From Eledone cirrhosa (Eukaryota), in assembly GCA_964016885.1 (NCBI GenBank), contig OZ024740.1, forward strand, positions 183,210,001-183,274,000: 64,000 nt of DNA. The letters run 5' to 3'. Below, in pieces: positions 25,945-41,366 of this stretch. The first letter of the stretch is position 1. Every line of letters starts with the position of its first letter. Both the position numbers and the translations under genes were made by a program. A model generated the notes under the pieces. That model saw nothing but the letters and a program-made list of their open reading frames with translations. It did not search any database and was not told where the DNA came from.

Positions 25945-27499
25945 TAGCCTCCCCACCAGATTTAATAATGCTTTGTTTGATTGTTTGAAGTCACCTATTA
26001 TAATTTCTTTCAAAACACAACCAGCTCTCTCTTCTATTTCCCTTCTCTGTCTCTCTCTATATATGTCTCTCTTTTAATCTATCTCACACCCACTAACTCT
26101 CCCTCTCTCTCTATTTATGAAGATACACGGGAAAAACCCATATCTCGGGAAAACGTGCTCCGATTTACACGCAACTTGTTTTATTCCATTTGTATTCCAT
26201 TTTCAAGGGTAGCTTCCTTTCAAAATATTTCCCCATCATGCGCTCTTTTGGCTATATTGAATTACATACAAGCACAATCACAGAGTTTTGGGAGTATATA
26301 TTATGTACAGCTAATTGGATTTTCATTAGAGGGCGTGTACATTATTTAACAAGATACAAAGTGATAAACACCTTCAAATGATTTTCGGACTGAAGAAGAA
26401 GGAATATGTAAGCATATTAAATTTCAGATCAATCAATATAAGCTGTGCTGTGGCATAATAATTAAACAACAGCAAACATATATATGCGGTTTAGTTTACT
26501 CAGTTTTGTTTCACATAATCTTAACTATAAGGGAGGAGCGCGGGACTGTGTCCAGAATATATTTGTTTCATCCCGTTTGTATATAAGTTGGATTACTTTG
26601 AATAAATAATGAATGAATATTATATAACTTATGTTATAAATTTCGTAACTGTTGATTAATTACAAATAATTTTATTGCTTATTTTATGATTTACTTCTTT
26701 AACATTTTTAAATGTCGACACTTCCGGTTAGCGCCCGTTATATTATAACATTTATTACATCGCTTATATAAGCATTCATATATTTCCCTAGCTAATTTTC
26801 TTCTAATGCAGACTATATATAATATCGTATTTTGTTAATGTATCATGAATTACTTTACTGATAACAGAAGAGAGTGTAACGCAGACTTCCTTCAATGTCT
26901 GTGCATATTGTCAATTTCATTTGAGTATCATATCTATCTGTATATTTGCGTATAATATCAATATGCACACTACACATTTTAGCAGAAAACCACCTGAAGG
27001 GTGGATTTTCTGCTAGTTTTCTTAATAATGTATATTTTGTAATGAAATGTTGCAGGTAATTTTCGAATGTCTAGAAAACTAGAAATATATTTTATCACAT
27101 AACAAATATATAGGTTTAAATAAAAGTATATACATGTAATCAATTGATTATTGCTAGGAACCTTATAAAGATAATACACAAAAAATATATAATCAAAGCA
27201 AGAGAATTCTATTAGAAAAAGTCTATTATTATTATTTGAATTCACTGTTGTACGAAAAACATATGTTCGTGTAGAAAACCTGACATTATGCTGATTTATA
27301 TTATTCCTGTCAAGATAGCACATAAGTGAAGCTGAAAATAACAGATATATTTGGAACTGATAATGTTCAATACAGTTAACTAATTGCAAACACAAGGTTC
27401 TAAAAACTTTCGCTAAGTACAAACCACAACCTCCTTACGGACAACTGACGCTGCACATCAGGTCCGAACACAGAAGAGCCAAACTTCCACTGTCATCGC

Positions 27500-28078
27500 C
27501 TCCATGTCTCTGTATTATGAGCAAATGGGGTCCCACCCACCCGGCGGACAGAATGGGGAAGGCGTTTTCCCGGAGGATGGTAAGGGAGATGCGCTGGAAG
27601 AGCCATTTCATCTCATTGGCTATGGTGGCTCTAGAGCCAAGGAAACCAGAAGTCTCCATGCTAGGGGTACTACTGCAAACCTGTTGGAGAGCGACCAATA
27701 CTTGGAGAGTTTGCTCTCTTCAGCACGAAGTGTAGAAGAACTTGCGTTAGTCGCAGACTGACCCGGGGACAGCTGGACAATGTGTCGCTGCTAGTGGCAT
27801 CCAAGACGAGGGATTTGCCACCGCGGAACGGGAAGATGATCATACCATCTGGCCTTTTGCCGTCCCTTCGATCCAGCCGCACCGGCTTGAGCTGGGAGGG
27901 GAAGCCTGCAGCATCCAAATCATACTTTATGACCTCCTTGAGGGTGGCGTTGAAGGTGGCCGGGACTGTAGCGACAGGAAAGTGGGTGGAGGTCGAAAGA
28001 ATCCACGGTGGATCCGCAGCGACATTTGTGTGGCTTGCAGATCCGGAGGCCAAGCCTCAGGGAAACCTGATGCGCAGG
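27500..28078 (-). mobile_element. CRE-like RLE element remnant
   Basis: LDRRDGKRPDGMIIFPFRGGKSLVLDATSSDT (PD-(D/E)xK RLE), METSGFLG, KWLFQRISLTILRENA. Confidence 0.85.
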
Positions 28079-28423
28079 CTAAAATACAATAAAAAATAAT
28101 GAATTTCTATTACAAATACAGATTGAAACATTTACGGATGGAAGTATGGTACAATGATGGACATTATGTTCCTTTTATTTCATGTAAACGTAATAAACTG
28201 CCCATTTCACCCCTCCCAGAAATACATATTTTTAATCCTTCAACTTACGCAAAATCTATGCATTCGAAAAAGCAGTGATTTTCAACGGAGAAAAATTAAG
28301 AATGTTCCTGGAGTTGACCGGATAGGTCTTCGAAATTTCTTTGTTTGCTACTCTACCGGTGTAAAATTATGAAAACACGAACTGCTTTACTTTACTTTTA
28401 AAGGCAAAATATTCAAATATTAT

Positions 28424-28612
28424 GTGGATTGGCAGTATCGGTAGAGAGTCGGACGCCATGCTTTGACGCATAGAGTTACGGCCCTTTCCATTCTGAGTTC
28501 AAATCGCGCCGAGGTTAACTTTGCCTTTCATCCTTACGGGGTCGATAAAATAAAGTACCAGTCATGTACTGAGTAATTGCTGGCCTTGTGCCAAATTTAG
28601 AAACAATTATTT
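28424..28612 (+). mobile_element. SINE family A, full length
   Basis: A-box-like TGGCAGTATCGG, B-box GAGTTCAAATC, core, ATT tail. Confidence 0.9.
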
Positions 28613-29107
28613 TAATAAAATTTTGCTTTTGTAAACAAAATATATTTCTTGTTTTATGGAATATCTGTTTGTGCTTATGTAGGTCTACAATTTTGACATA
28701 CAAATGAACCACAAAGAAGAAAAAGTTGAGAGAAAGTATCCTTAATAGTTATATTTTCTCATATGGACTTCACCAGCTGTTCCCCAAAACAATATCAGTG
28801 ATGTAGAAATATGTGGAAACTATAAACCAAACATAAATATATCCTTACCTGTTGAAACATGTCCAATATCACAGGTCAAGAATTTTCAAGCTTTCGAAAA
28901 ATTGACACTGAGTATTTTACGTCGCTAAATATATTTTAGCCTGTATCCTTCCATTTTCAGGTTGATGGGCTGCGAATTAAAATTGTTGCTGCCCAGTGGA
29001 GAAAATGGCATGTTGCATAAAGAAGCAGACATTCAAGTTTATTGTGAAATAAAAAATGTCTTACACTATACATTATGACGTAATAGAAGAGTCACGATAG
29101 CTATTAT

Positions 29108-29275
29108 AAAGTTACGGCCTTTTACGCTGTGAGTTCAAATCCCGTCAAGGTTAGCTTTTCATTTCATCCTTACGAAGTCGATGAAATAAAATACCAGTAA
29201 CGCAATGGGTCGATTTAATCTACTTTTCCATCCCTCAAAATTCTTGGATTTTTGCCTAAATCAGAAACCATTATA
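29108..29275 (+). mobile_element. SINE family A variant, partial
   Basis: GAGTTCAAATCCC, core, longer pre-tail segment. Confidence 0.75.
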
Positions 29276-29407
29276 TATATTTACGCATGTTGTATTGAAG
29301 CGAATAACTATGTGTATACTCTGGGAATGTATCTTACATTGCCCATTGAGTACGCTGAGATACAACCGGTCCTGGCATTGATAAATATGCTGGGTCCGTC
29401 AACTCCT

Positions 29408-29451
<44 letters not shown>

Positions 29452-30176
29452 CTGTAAATACAATATTTATTGTTTATTACAAAGTCAGCCATGATCAACC
29501 AATCGTTTGCTTAGAAGTTTAGCAGAAAAATATTAGGTTTGGTTGAAAGATCATCCCAGAAGAAATATTTTCAAGATGTATGAAGATTCAATGGTGGCCG
29601 AAATTATCAGAAGGCTGTTAAAACATGACAATGGTTTTATTTCTCTCCGCAAATCATTACAAGTACTAAAATATTAAAAAGCTGCTGGCATGCCGCATGA
29701 TTAAGTTGAATTAATTGTTGGGCCATGACCATCCAGTCATTCTTTCAGCCTGTGTATCTAAAGTGTCTTCCCTGATTTACCAAATGTTAATGCAACGAAC
29801 AAAGTGAGGTAAACATGATATATGGTATTTAATTGTATTTGCATTTCATACACTGAACATCCATTATGTGGATGTCTTTAAATTTGTCTCTACCTTTTTT
29901 GTCAGCGTATTAGAACATTTAATAATATATTACCATCATATGATCTGTGGATAAATGTTGACAAAAACAAACACTCTACTCACTCTTTAAGGTAGAAGTT
30001 CTCAAAGTGGGTGCTACCCCCCCCCCCCCCCCGGTGGTGGGCCGTTGAGAAGGTCCAAGGGGCGCTGGGGGCGGTAGAGATGATACGATAGTATATTAAA
30101 TATGAAATGATACATATATATATAAATCTAGTGAAATAAAAAAATATATATTTATTTATTTATACAAAGTATATAT

Positions 30177-30356
30177 TTGGCAGTATTGATAGAGGATCAA
30201 ACATGCTTTCCAGCGTAGTTACGCCCCTTTACGATCTGAGTTGAAACCGCACCGAGGTTAACTTTTCCTTTCATCCTTACGAGGTCGATAAAATAAAGTA
30301 CCAGTAATATACTGTGTAATTGCTGATCTTGTGCCAAAATTAGAAACAATTATATT
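30177..30356 (+). mobile_element. SINE family A
   Basis: Head, core and tail motifs. Confidence 0.85.
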
Positions 30357-30424
30357 AGTATATATACGTACATACATATATGTGTACAGACGCACAGTAG
30401 TATGTATATATATATACATACTTG

Positions 30425-30477
<53 letters not shown>

Positions 30478-30646
30478 GTATGGGTTTACCGAACATTTAT
30501 TATAATGTTCGGTTTGTTTGTAAACAAACAAACCGAATTACGCCGTACAGAGTGAGAAATGAAATTTCGTTTCAATCTTTTCCATATATTATATTATTTA
30601 TTGTATATAAATTAGCAATTTTATTTATTGTATATTATTTACAGTT

Positions 30647-30835
30647 TGCGGTGGATTGGCAGTATCGGTAGAGGGTCGGACGCCATGCTTTGCAGAGTTA
30701 CGACCCTCTATGGTCTGAGTTCAAATCCCGCCGAGGTTAAGTTTGCCTTTGATCCTTACGGGGTCGATAAAATAAAGTACCAGTAATATACTGGGATATT
30801 TTCTGGCATTGTGCCAATAGTAGAAACAATTATTT
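30647..30835 (+). mobile_element. SINE family A, full length
   Basis: GCGGTGGATTGGCAGTATCGG head, GAGTTCAAATCCC, core, tail. Confidence 0.9.
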
Positions 30836-30959
30836 ACAGTTTGCGTGTAGACAGGTCTCTCTGGAAATAGGGTTGGGGCGTGGAGGGTATTACATGGCCA
30901 TGAGGGTGGTGGTGGCCCCGAAAGATTGAGAACCTCTAGTTTAATGGTTAATCCACTTC

Positions 30960-31265
30960 GTGATCCCAGCGGACAGAATGCAGAAGACATTGTCCCGGGG
31001 GATGGTTAGGGAGACGCTCTGCGACAGGAACTTCAACTAGTGGGGCTCGCTCAGGCGGGTATTCCAGGCGTGTGGCATTTCAGATTAGGGGCCTATCAGC
31101 GCGGTCTGACCTTTTAACACCCCGTCGTTCCAGCCCTCTGGGAAAGAAAGACTGCGACGTCCAGGTCATCCTTTATGATCTCATTGAGAATCCACAGTGG
31201 ATCCGCAGTGGCATTTGTGAGGCTCACAGTTCCTAAGGCAGACCCTCGGGAAAACATCGATGTGC
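30960..31265 (-). mobile_element. CRE-like remnant, internally deleted relative of 27500-28078
   Basis: Shares aatccac(a/g)gtggatccgcag..catttgtg and the 3' cggacagaatg...cgtt/cattgtcccgg segment. Confidence 0.65.
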
Positions 31266-31322
31266 AAACAAACGTTGACCAGCTGAGTGCCAGTTGAAAA
31301 TGTAACTTACCAGTAATAAGCT

Positions 31323-34532
<3,210 letters not shown>

Positions 34533-34800
34533 TTTAATCTAAATGTGTAGACATTAGGTAAGGTAAGAAATTAACATAACATATTTCCTATAAAGCATTA
34601 TATAATATATGTGAATAACATTATAACAGAAGGCTTAGACTAAAACTAAAATGTAAACAGAACACTAATGAGGTTTTTGAATCACTGGGGTGATGTTACT
34701 TGAAATTCTCATAAAGAATTAATTACGATGTAAACCTTATCTATTTCTCATTTAGTGGATTTATTAAAGCTGACATACTGAAAGACAATTCTAATAGTTT

Positions 34801-35503
34801 ATTATTATTCTTTGAGTCTCAGTCATTGATGTTATTTAACTGGAAAGTTTGTTGAAATGAATATCAAGCCGCTACCTGCAGCCTCAGATATTCAGGACGT
34901 ATCGGAGGGTTCTTGCTGTTCCCAGCAAGCATACATTTTGATGTGTTCCAAGAAGCGGGGCTGGACTAATTTTCTTTAACCATCCATGGAAACTCTTTGA
35001 GATAGCACCTAGTGCGCCTATGACAACCGGGACGACTCTGACTTCATGGCAGTTCCAAATCCTTTTTACCTCCTACTTTAAGTCCTGGTATCGGTTAATT
35101 TTCTCCCTCTCCTTTTCTTGCACTCTCGTGTCAAATGGGCAGGCTACATCTACGATCAGGCATGATCTTTTTTCCTTGTCCAAAACCACCAAGTCAGGCC
35201 TATTGTGTTCCAGTTTCTTGTTCGTCTGTATCCTAAAATCCCATAGCACCTTCACCTGATCGTTTTCTATCACCGACTCTGGCTTATGCTCATACCACTT
35301 CTCAGAATGTGGTAAATTGTTTACTTTGCATAGGTGCCAGTGGAACACCCTGCCCATCACATCATGTCTCCAGTCTTTATAGTGAGTCTGGGCTAGGTGT
35401 TTACACTCGGATACAATGTGAGCCACAGTCTCCTCTCTCTCTCTCTCGCCTACAGATCCTACACAATACTCTAGCCTCCTCCTTGTAAATATGATGTTTC
35501 ACC
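34801..35503 (-). mobile_element. R4/Dong-type RLE retrotransposon, 5'-truncated 3' copy
   Basis: CCHC remnant (ETVAHIVSEC), RHD, LWDFRIQT, HNRPDLVV, IVDVACP, KINRYQDL; (TAA)n tail. Confidence 0.9.
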
Positions 35504-35849
35504 CTGGAGAAGCCACGTTTCTTATCGCCTCCAGTTTTTTTCAAAGTTTTACTTCGTTTTCAACCGTTCTAAACCTTTTATTCAAATTTTAAATTTGATA
35601 AAAGTTTAGAAGAAATGACCCACCTAATACAGGGGTTCACTCGTAAGTAATACGGCACCACTTTACGGGGTGTCGTATTATGTAAAAATATATTTTTTTT
35701 TAAATTTCTTTCAACACAAGAAAGAGAGAGAGCGCTATCAGACAACACAGAGAGAGGGAGACTTTGTCAGCATATCAACAAGACAGCGTTTCAGAGGAGG
35801 TAAATATAAACTAAAATATTACGAAGGAAAAGAGGAACAATAGCATTTT

Positions 35850-37750
35850 TAATGATATTGTTACAGATTTAAAATTACAAAATATTTCTAACACAAACAA
35901 CACCAACAATAACACCAACAACAACACCATCAATAACAACAGCAACAACAAAAATAACAGCGGGAAGGTCGAGAACGACAATAACAATGACAATAACAAC
36001 AGCCACAACAACAATAATAGTAGGAACAGTATCAACAAAAACAACAATAATAACAACAGCCACAATAACAGTAACAACTGCAACAGTATCAACGAAAACA
36101 ACAACAACAACAGTACCAACGAACACATAAATAATGACATCGATACCTGTAACAGCGATCTCAGTACCACAAGTAAGACCAGTAGCAGCAATAGTGGTGC
36201 TGCTGAAAAAGGGACCACTTCTTTTGCAGGTGTCGCCCGAAATATCGAAACAGTGTTAGTCACAGAGGAGGAGATGGCAATCGCAAGGGGCATGGTGGCA
36301 AGAAGCGCGAATGGAGTCTCCCTGAAACCTCCACCCAATTTTTTCAAGGACCAGCAGCTACGGACAGTGACTTACCGGACCGTAAGCAAAATCTTACATC
36401 GGGTGGAGAGAGCCACGCAGGCTCAAATCCAAAAGGCCTTGGGGTGCGTCTGGGCACGCAAAACCCACATCACCCGAGGCAGAAAGTACGCCACAGTAGA
36501 CGTACTTTTCGCCACCCCCCAGGAAGCAAAGTCTCACTCTTTGGTAACCCTAAAGAGTGAGGAGATAGTCTTGGTGCCCTCCTACTGCAGGCAGAACATT
36601 GTGAGGGTCAAAGTGACCCAGGTCCCACCCGACGTGCCCATACCTTGGCTGGCCGCGTCTGTCCTTGCTGGAATCGAGGACAGGACGACCATGCTGCAAG
36701 TAGAGAAAACTGGTCAAGTATAGGCAGAAAATGCTTATACAAACTGAACAGGAATGTATCGACGCTATCCCCGATATCATAGACATCGAGGAAGGACTCC
36801 AACTCCCTATAAGCGTAGAAGGAAGACGGCCAAAATGCTATCTCTGTGGGTCAAAGAGTCACCTCAGGGCCTTTTGCCCGCAGAAGACAGCGAAGAAGAA
36901 GGCCCCTCTCATTCCAAAGCCTGGTCCGCTGCTACCAAGAGCAGGGCAGGCAACAAACGCAGAAGCACCTTCCATGGTTAGTAGGAGGGCAACGTCCGTG
37001 GCACCCGTACCAAGGCCACGGACAACTAAAGCAGCAGCATCAGTGGCGGCAACACCAGTAGCTACATTTGCAGTAACTCCACCAGCAACAAAATTGCCGG
37101 AGAGAGCTCTACTACCACCACCAACAGCCGTGGAGCACATACCCCTCCCAGACGCCACGGAATACGACATGTAGTCTTAGGCGGGAGTGAAGTGGCAAAC
37201 GGTCTGCCACAAAAAGCAAAAAAGAAAAAAAAACCTTAGCTTCACCATCCGAAAGCGAAGGCACATAAAGAAGGGTAAAGGCTGCTAGGAGACTGGCAGC
37301 AACACCAACACCATCACCATCACCACCACAAGCACCACCGCCAATAACAATCACACCACCACCAAAAACACCAAAATCGCAAACAAAACAAAACACACAC
37401 ACCAAACAGCAGCAAGAAGAAAACAGCAACATATTCACTCCACCTCCCAAAAAGTACACAGCCATAAAGTTGGCAAATAAAGAACTCATACAACATATAA
37501 AGCAGCACACAGACATTACAGAAAAAACTACTACACCCCACCAACACCAAGAACTCTCCCGACAAACATAAGCATCATTCATGTCAAAATAGAACAGTAC
37601 AAACTTTTAAAACAAAAATTCCCCAACGCAGTTGGAGACTTCAGAGGGTCGGTTACCTAGAGGATATACACTGAGATCCTCTTGGAAACACCCATGACCA
37701 GCCAAAGGGACGGTTCTACTGTCCCTTCACCACACGATCAAGGTAAGTGA
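35850..37750 (+). pseudogene. Tx1 ORF1 (Asn-rich N-terminus, putative RRM-like region, CCHC knuckle, low-complexity C-terminus), disrupted
   Basis: ORFs 36253-36723 and 36731-37174; C-X2-C-X4-H-X4-C; in-frame stops; start and end approximate. Confidence 0.75.
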
Positions 37751-37782
37751 CCCTTTCTCACTTGCCCCGTTTCTCATCCAAC

Positions 37783-40700
37783 ATGGCCATACTCAGAATA
37801 TGCAGTATAAATGCCTGGGGTCATCTTGGAAGAAGGGTCACCTGCTCAACGACCTCAGGTCACTAAACATAGATGTGGTGGCCATCAGCGAGACCAGAAT
37901 CTCCGAAGCACGAGCCTTCGCACCTATCTTCGGCGGCTATGATGTATACACATCTCCAAGCTACCCAGGATCGGGGGAGGGGTTGCCGTCCTTTTTCGGA
38001 GAGGCTTGGGTCTCGCCATACGGACCATCTTCGTAGACCCAGAAGGTAAGTCGGTGGTGCTGGACGTGAACGGCAGTGAAGGCAATGCTTTCAGGCTAGT
38101 AGCCGTCTGCGCCCCAACTGGTGTAGGACGGCCAGATTTCTTCAGACGTCTAGAGACATTTCTTGGAACGTCCCGCTTTTTAGTGTTAGTGGGTGACTGG
38201 AACGGTACCTTAGATGTATGCTGGGATTGTGTGGGGCTAGTGGATATGGGAGGAGGGTGCAAGAGCCTCACTAACATGCTCAGACGTTTAGAAGATGAGG
38301 CGTTTTGAGATAAGGCTAGTATATGTTGTCCACAATTTAAAATAGTCGACCACACAGACCACAAATTTGTGATCTGTGAGATCGACATAGACAGACTTCA
38401 TAGACAAGTACCTGGTTACTGGAAGCTGAACGCGCCTTTCCCAGCGCGCAAAGCATACAGAGACCGGATTAGCGTATTAGTTAAGCGGGCGTTGAAGTGA
38501 GCGGTCGTCAACAACAGGTGGTGGTTCGCCCTGAAAAGGGCATTTAAAGTAGAGTCGATTAGGTTTAGCAAAGGACTAGTGATAGAGGAAAATAGAGTAG
38601 AGGGAGAGCTAGTCAGAAAGCTATAAGAGGCGTTTAGGACAGGCATCGCAACCGACGTGCTTGCGGCGAGATTGGCACTCGACCAATTCTTCAATGCAAA
38701 ACACAAACGCTGCGTTGTCAGAGCTAGAGCGCGTGCTCTGTAACACGAGGGGACAAAAGCCGTCCAATGGGCCCGGATGGCAGAGGCGCGACGTGGCAAC
38801 AAAGCCACAATTCGGTCTTTATCTGACCAAAATGGACGCGTATTACTCGAACCCGAGCAGATGTGTGAAACTCTTCAGTAGCACTTTGCTGAACTGTTCA
38901 GGAGCAGCGGCGGGCCGGATCGGCGTATGGACTTCAGAGCATACCTCGACGGACTGCCTCGGCTCTCGACGACCGCAGCACAGTGTTGCGAAAAGCCAAT
39001 AACGGTGAAATACGGGAAGCGATGGGGTTAATCGCCAGTTTTGTATGGTCTGCTCTACGAGCTTTATGCATTTATGCCAGACTTGTTCGGTGACCTCTTG
39101 GCAGACGTCTACTGCAACTGTCAACAAAACGGGAGCATTCCCAGTTTTGTGAGCCGGGGAGCAGTGGGGATGCTGAGAAAAGACCCGAACAAGGGGGATG
39201 TTATCGAAAACTTCAGGCCCATAACCCTGCTACACGCAGAGTTCAACATTTTGGCCAATTTGTTATCAACGAGGTTGGCGCTTGTCGTCACGGGTCTGGT
39301 TGGAGAGACGCAGACACGCGCCATTCCGGACAGATCCATACACGACAACCTCCACCTCATACGATACATCATAAAGAGGGTGGTTAATTATCCTGGCACG
39401 GGTGGAACCCTGATCAACTTGGATCAATTCAAAGCATTCGATAAGGTCGACCATCGGTACCTGGCGACGGTCTTCGAAGTAGCCGGTTTCGAGCTCGTTT
39501 TCAGGGGTTGGATCGCTGCGATGTACAGCGACATCTACTCAGTTGTGAGGGTGTACGGTCATCTGTCGCAGCCGTTCAGCATCATGCTCTCGGTCCGCCA
39601 GGGTTGTCCCCTCGCGTCCCTCTTGTACGTATTGGATCTCGAGCCGTTACTGCACAAACTGGGGGCGATGAGGGGCGTCCCACGCGAACTAGGATGCGGG
39701 AAATCCGAGACCTTTTTACGCCGCCGACGTCACCGTGGTGGTGTCGAGCACCAGACATGTCCAGATGCTCGGCACCGCTCTCAAAGAATACGAAGCGGTG
39801 ACAGGAGCAAAGATATACCAGGAAAAGTCGGTGGGCTTCCAGCTCAGTACCTGGAGGAGCAATCCATGCCGTCCGACAGCGTCGTGGGGAGTTGGATGGA
39901 CGGACCGGTTAAATTGCTCGGGGTCTGGTTTGGATCGGACCTCCAGATGGAGAAAAACTGGAGGGACGTGACGAGCAGGGTGGCCTCCCTCACCCAGAAA
40001 TGGGCCGAGAGGAAGCTGTCCTTGAAAGGCCGGGCGGAAGTGGCGAATGCGTACATCGCATCCGTCATCTGCTACCGCATCACCGTCGTCCCTTGCCCCG
40101 GCCCAACTCTCACCAAAATGGAGCGCCTCTTCTTCCGCTTTTTGTGGAAGGGGCGCACTCCCATGGTCAGATGATCCATCTGCTGTCAACACCCGTTGCG
40201 TGGAGGACTGGGCATGCCATGGCTGATGAAGCGCAAACATGCGTTGAGGCTGCGACATCTCTGGTGCTTCCTTGACGGTGAACAGCTGTGGTCGCCGTTC
40301 GCCAGGCTCGTTTTCCCACATCTCGACTCCTTGACGGAGCTGCAGTTCTGGGTCAGGAAAAACCGAGGGATAGCGCTTGGAAACTGGAATGTCTCCAGGC
40401 ACTCACTACCCTCTGCCAGCTGGGCACAAGTATCGGTGGAACATCCACCTCCACGTTCTATAGAGGACTACTGGAGGGGAAGAGCGATGACGTTCTCTGA
40501 GAGATCCTGGGCGTCGAAGAAGATCAGCTGTTTGCTCTCTTCCGGATAACTTTCAGCCCAGGGCCTATGGAAAACTTCCAAAAATCCCTGGCCTGGCAGT
40601 GCTACCAGGGAGCGTTGCCGGTTCGAGATAAGCTCTACAGGCACGGAAGTGCCGTCAGCCGAGCCTGTCCGAGATGCGCGCAGAGCGACGAAACCGGTGT

Positions 40701-41083
40701 GCACACACTCGTTCAGTGCCCGAGCATTGCTGACTTGTGGAGTTATGTCGAACAGTTGCTGTCGCGTGTAGGACTGATCGGGTTGGCGACAGAGTCTATT
40801 GTGCAGATGGTCTCGCCGTCTTCCTTAGAGGAGAAAGGGCAGGCGGTTTTCATCTGCCTGGTGGCCATGGCGAAAGAGATTGTGTGGTGGACAAGGTTAA
40901 AAGGGGTAAAGACAGACACTTTCCTCTTCGGAGAATCACTGATTAACTTTTTCAAGTTTCACTTGAAGAGGAAAATCAGGGTGGAGAGGCAAGTGCTGCC
41001 TTCTAGCAAGTTTGTTGAAAGGCGGGTGAATGTAGCGTGAATGGTCCAAGTGAATAGGACCGCTCTGAATATACGCCTGTAGT
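37783..41083 (+). pseudogene. Tx1 ORF2 (APE endonuclease, reverse transcriptase, zf-RVT), disrupted
   Basis: ORF pieces from 37800 to 41040 carrying APE, RT and cysteine-finger motifs; YADD mutated; multiple frameshifts. Confidence 0.88.
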
Positions 41084-41333
41084 TTGAGAAATGGAACAAT
41101 TGAGAGAGGGCACTTGCCCAGGTGGTCAGTGTGGCCGTGGTTTTGTGTAGTTTTCGCCACGAGTAACCCTCGGAGGTTTCCACCCTATTGGGGAATTTTT
41201 CATTGTTTCAATTTTCATTTTTATTGTTTATATATATATATGTTTCTATGTCTTTTTTTCTTTTCTTCATCGTACCGTCCTGTGCCCTCTGTAATGTTTT
41301 TTTTTATGTCAGCTCTTGTGGCCAATAAAGAAA

Positions 41334-41365
<32 letters not shown>

Positions 41366-41366
41366 G

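Larger units (their letters stand above)
23272..26310 (-). mobile_element. Composite non-autonomous Helitron-like element with internal GA-rich minisatellite
   Basis: CTAG plus subterminal hairpin at 23272-23300; collinear reverse complement of 31323-34532; interrupted by an RTE 3' end and two SINEs. Confidence 0.6.
29993..30938. mobile_element. hAT (Charlie-like) MITE containing nested SINEs
   Basis: TIRs TAGAAGTTCTCAA / TTGAGAACCTCTA; 8-bp flanks ctttaagg / gtttaatg match at 6 of 8. Confidence 0.6.
35504..41366 (+). mobile_element. Tx1/L1-clade non-LTR retrotransposon, near full length, degenerate
   Basis: ORF1 with CYLCGSKSHLRAFC zinc knuckle; ORF2 with APE (ISETR, GDWN, YWKLN), RT (FRPITLL, DQFKAFDKVDH, VRQGCPLAS) and C-terminal CPRC...H...C finger; AATAAA then (ATT)n. 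Confidence 0.92.

Noticed and set aside
28700-29820. Possible host-gene exons (tttcag acceptors, gtaa donors)
   Set aside because: No consistent open frame or recognisable protein; splice-like words are common by chance in AT-rich DNA
35811-36347. Minus-strand Leu/Val-rich ORFs resembling membrane proteins
   Set aside because: Antisense reading of the (AAC)n Asn-rich region of Tx1 ORF1
39041-40174. 377-aa ORF as an intact RT gene
   Set aside because: It is a frameshift-fused fragment of Tx1 ORF2 lacking an intact YADD motif
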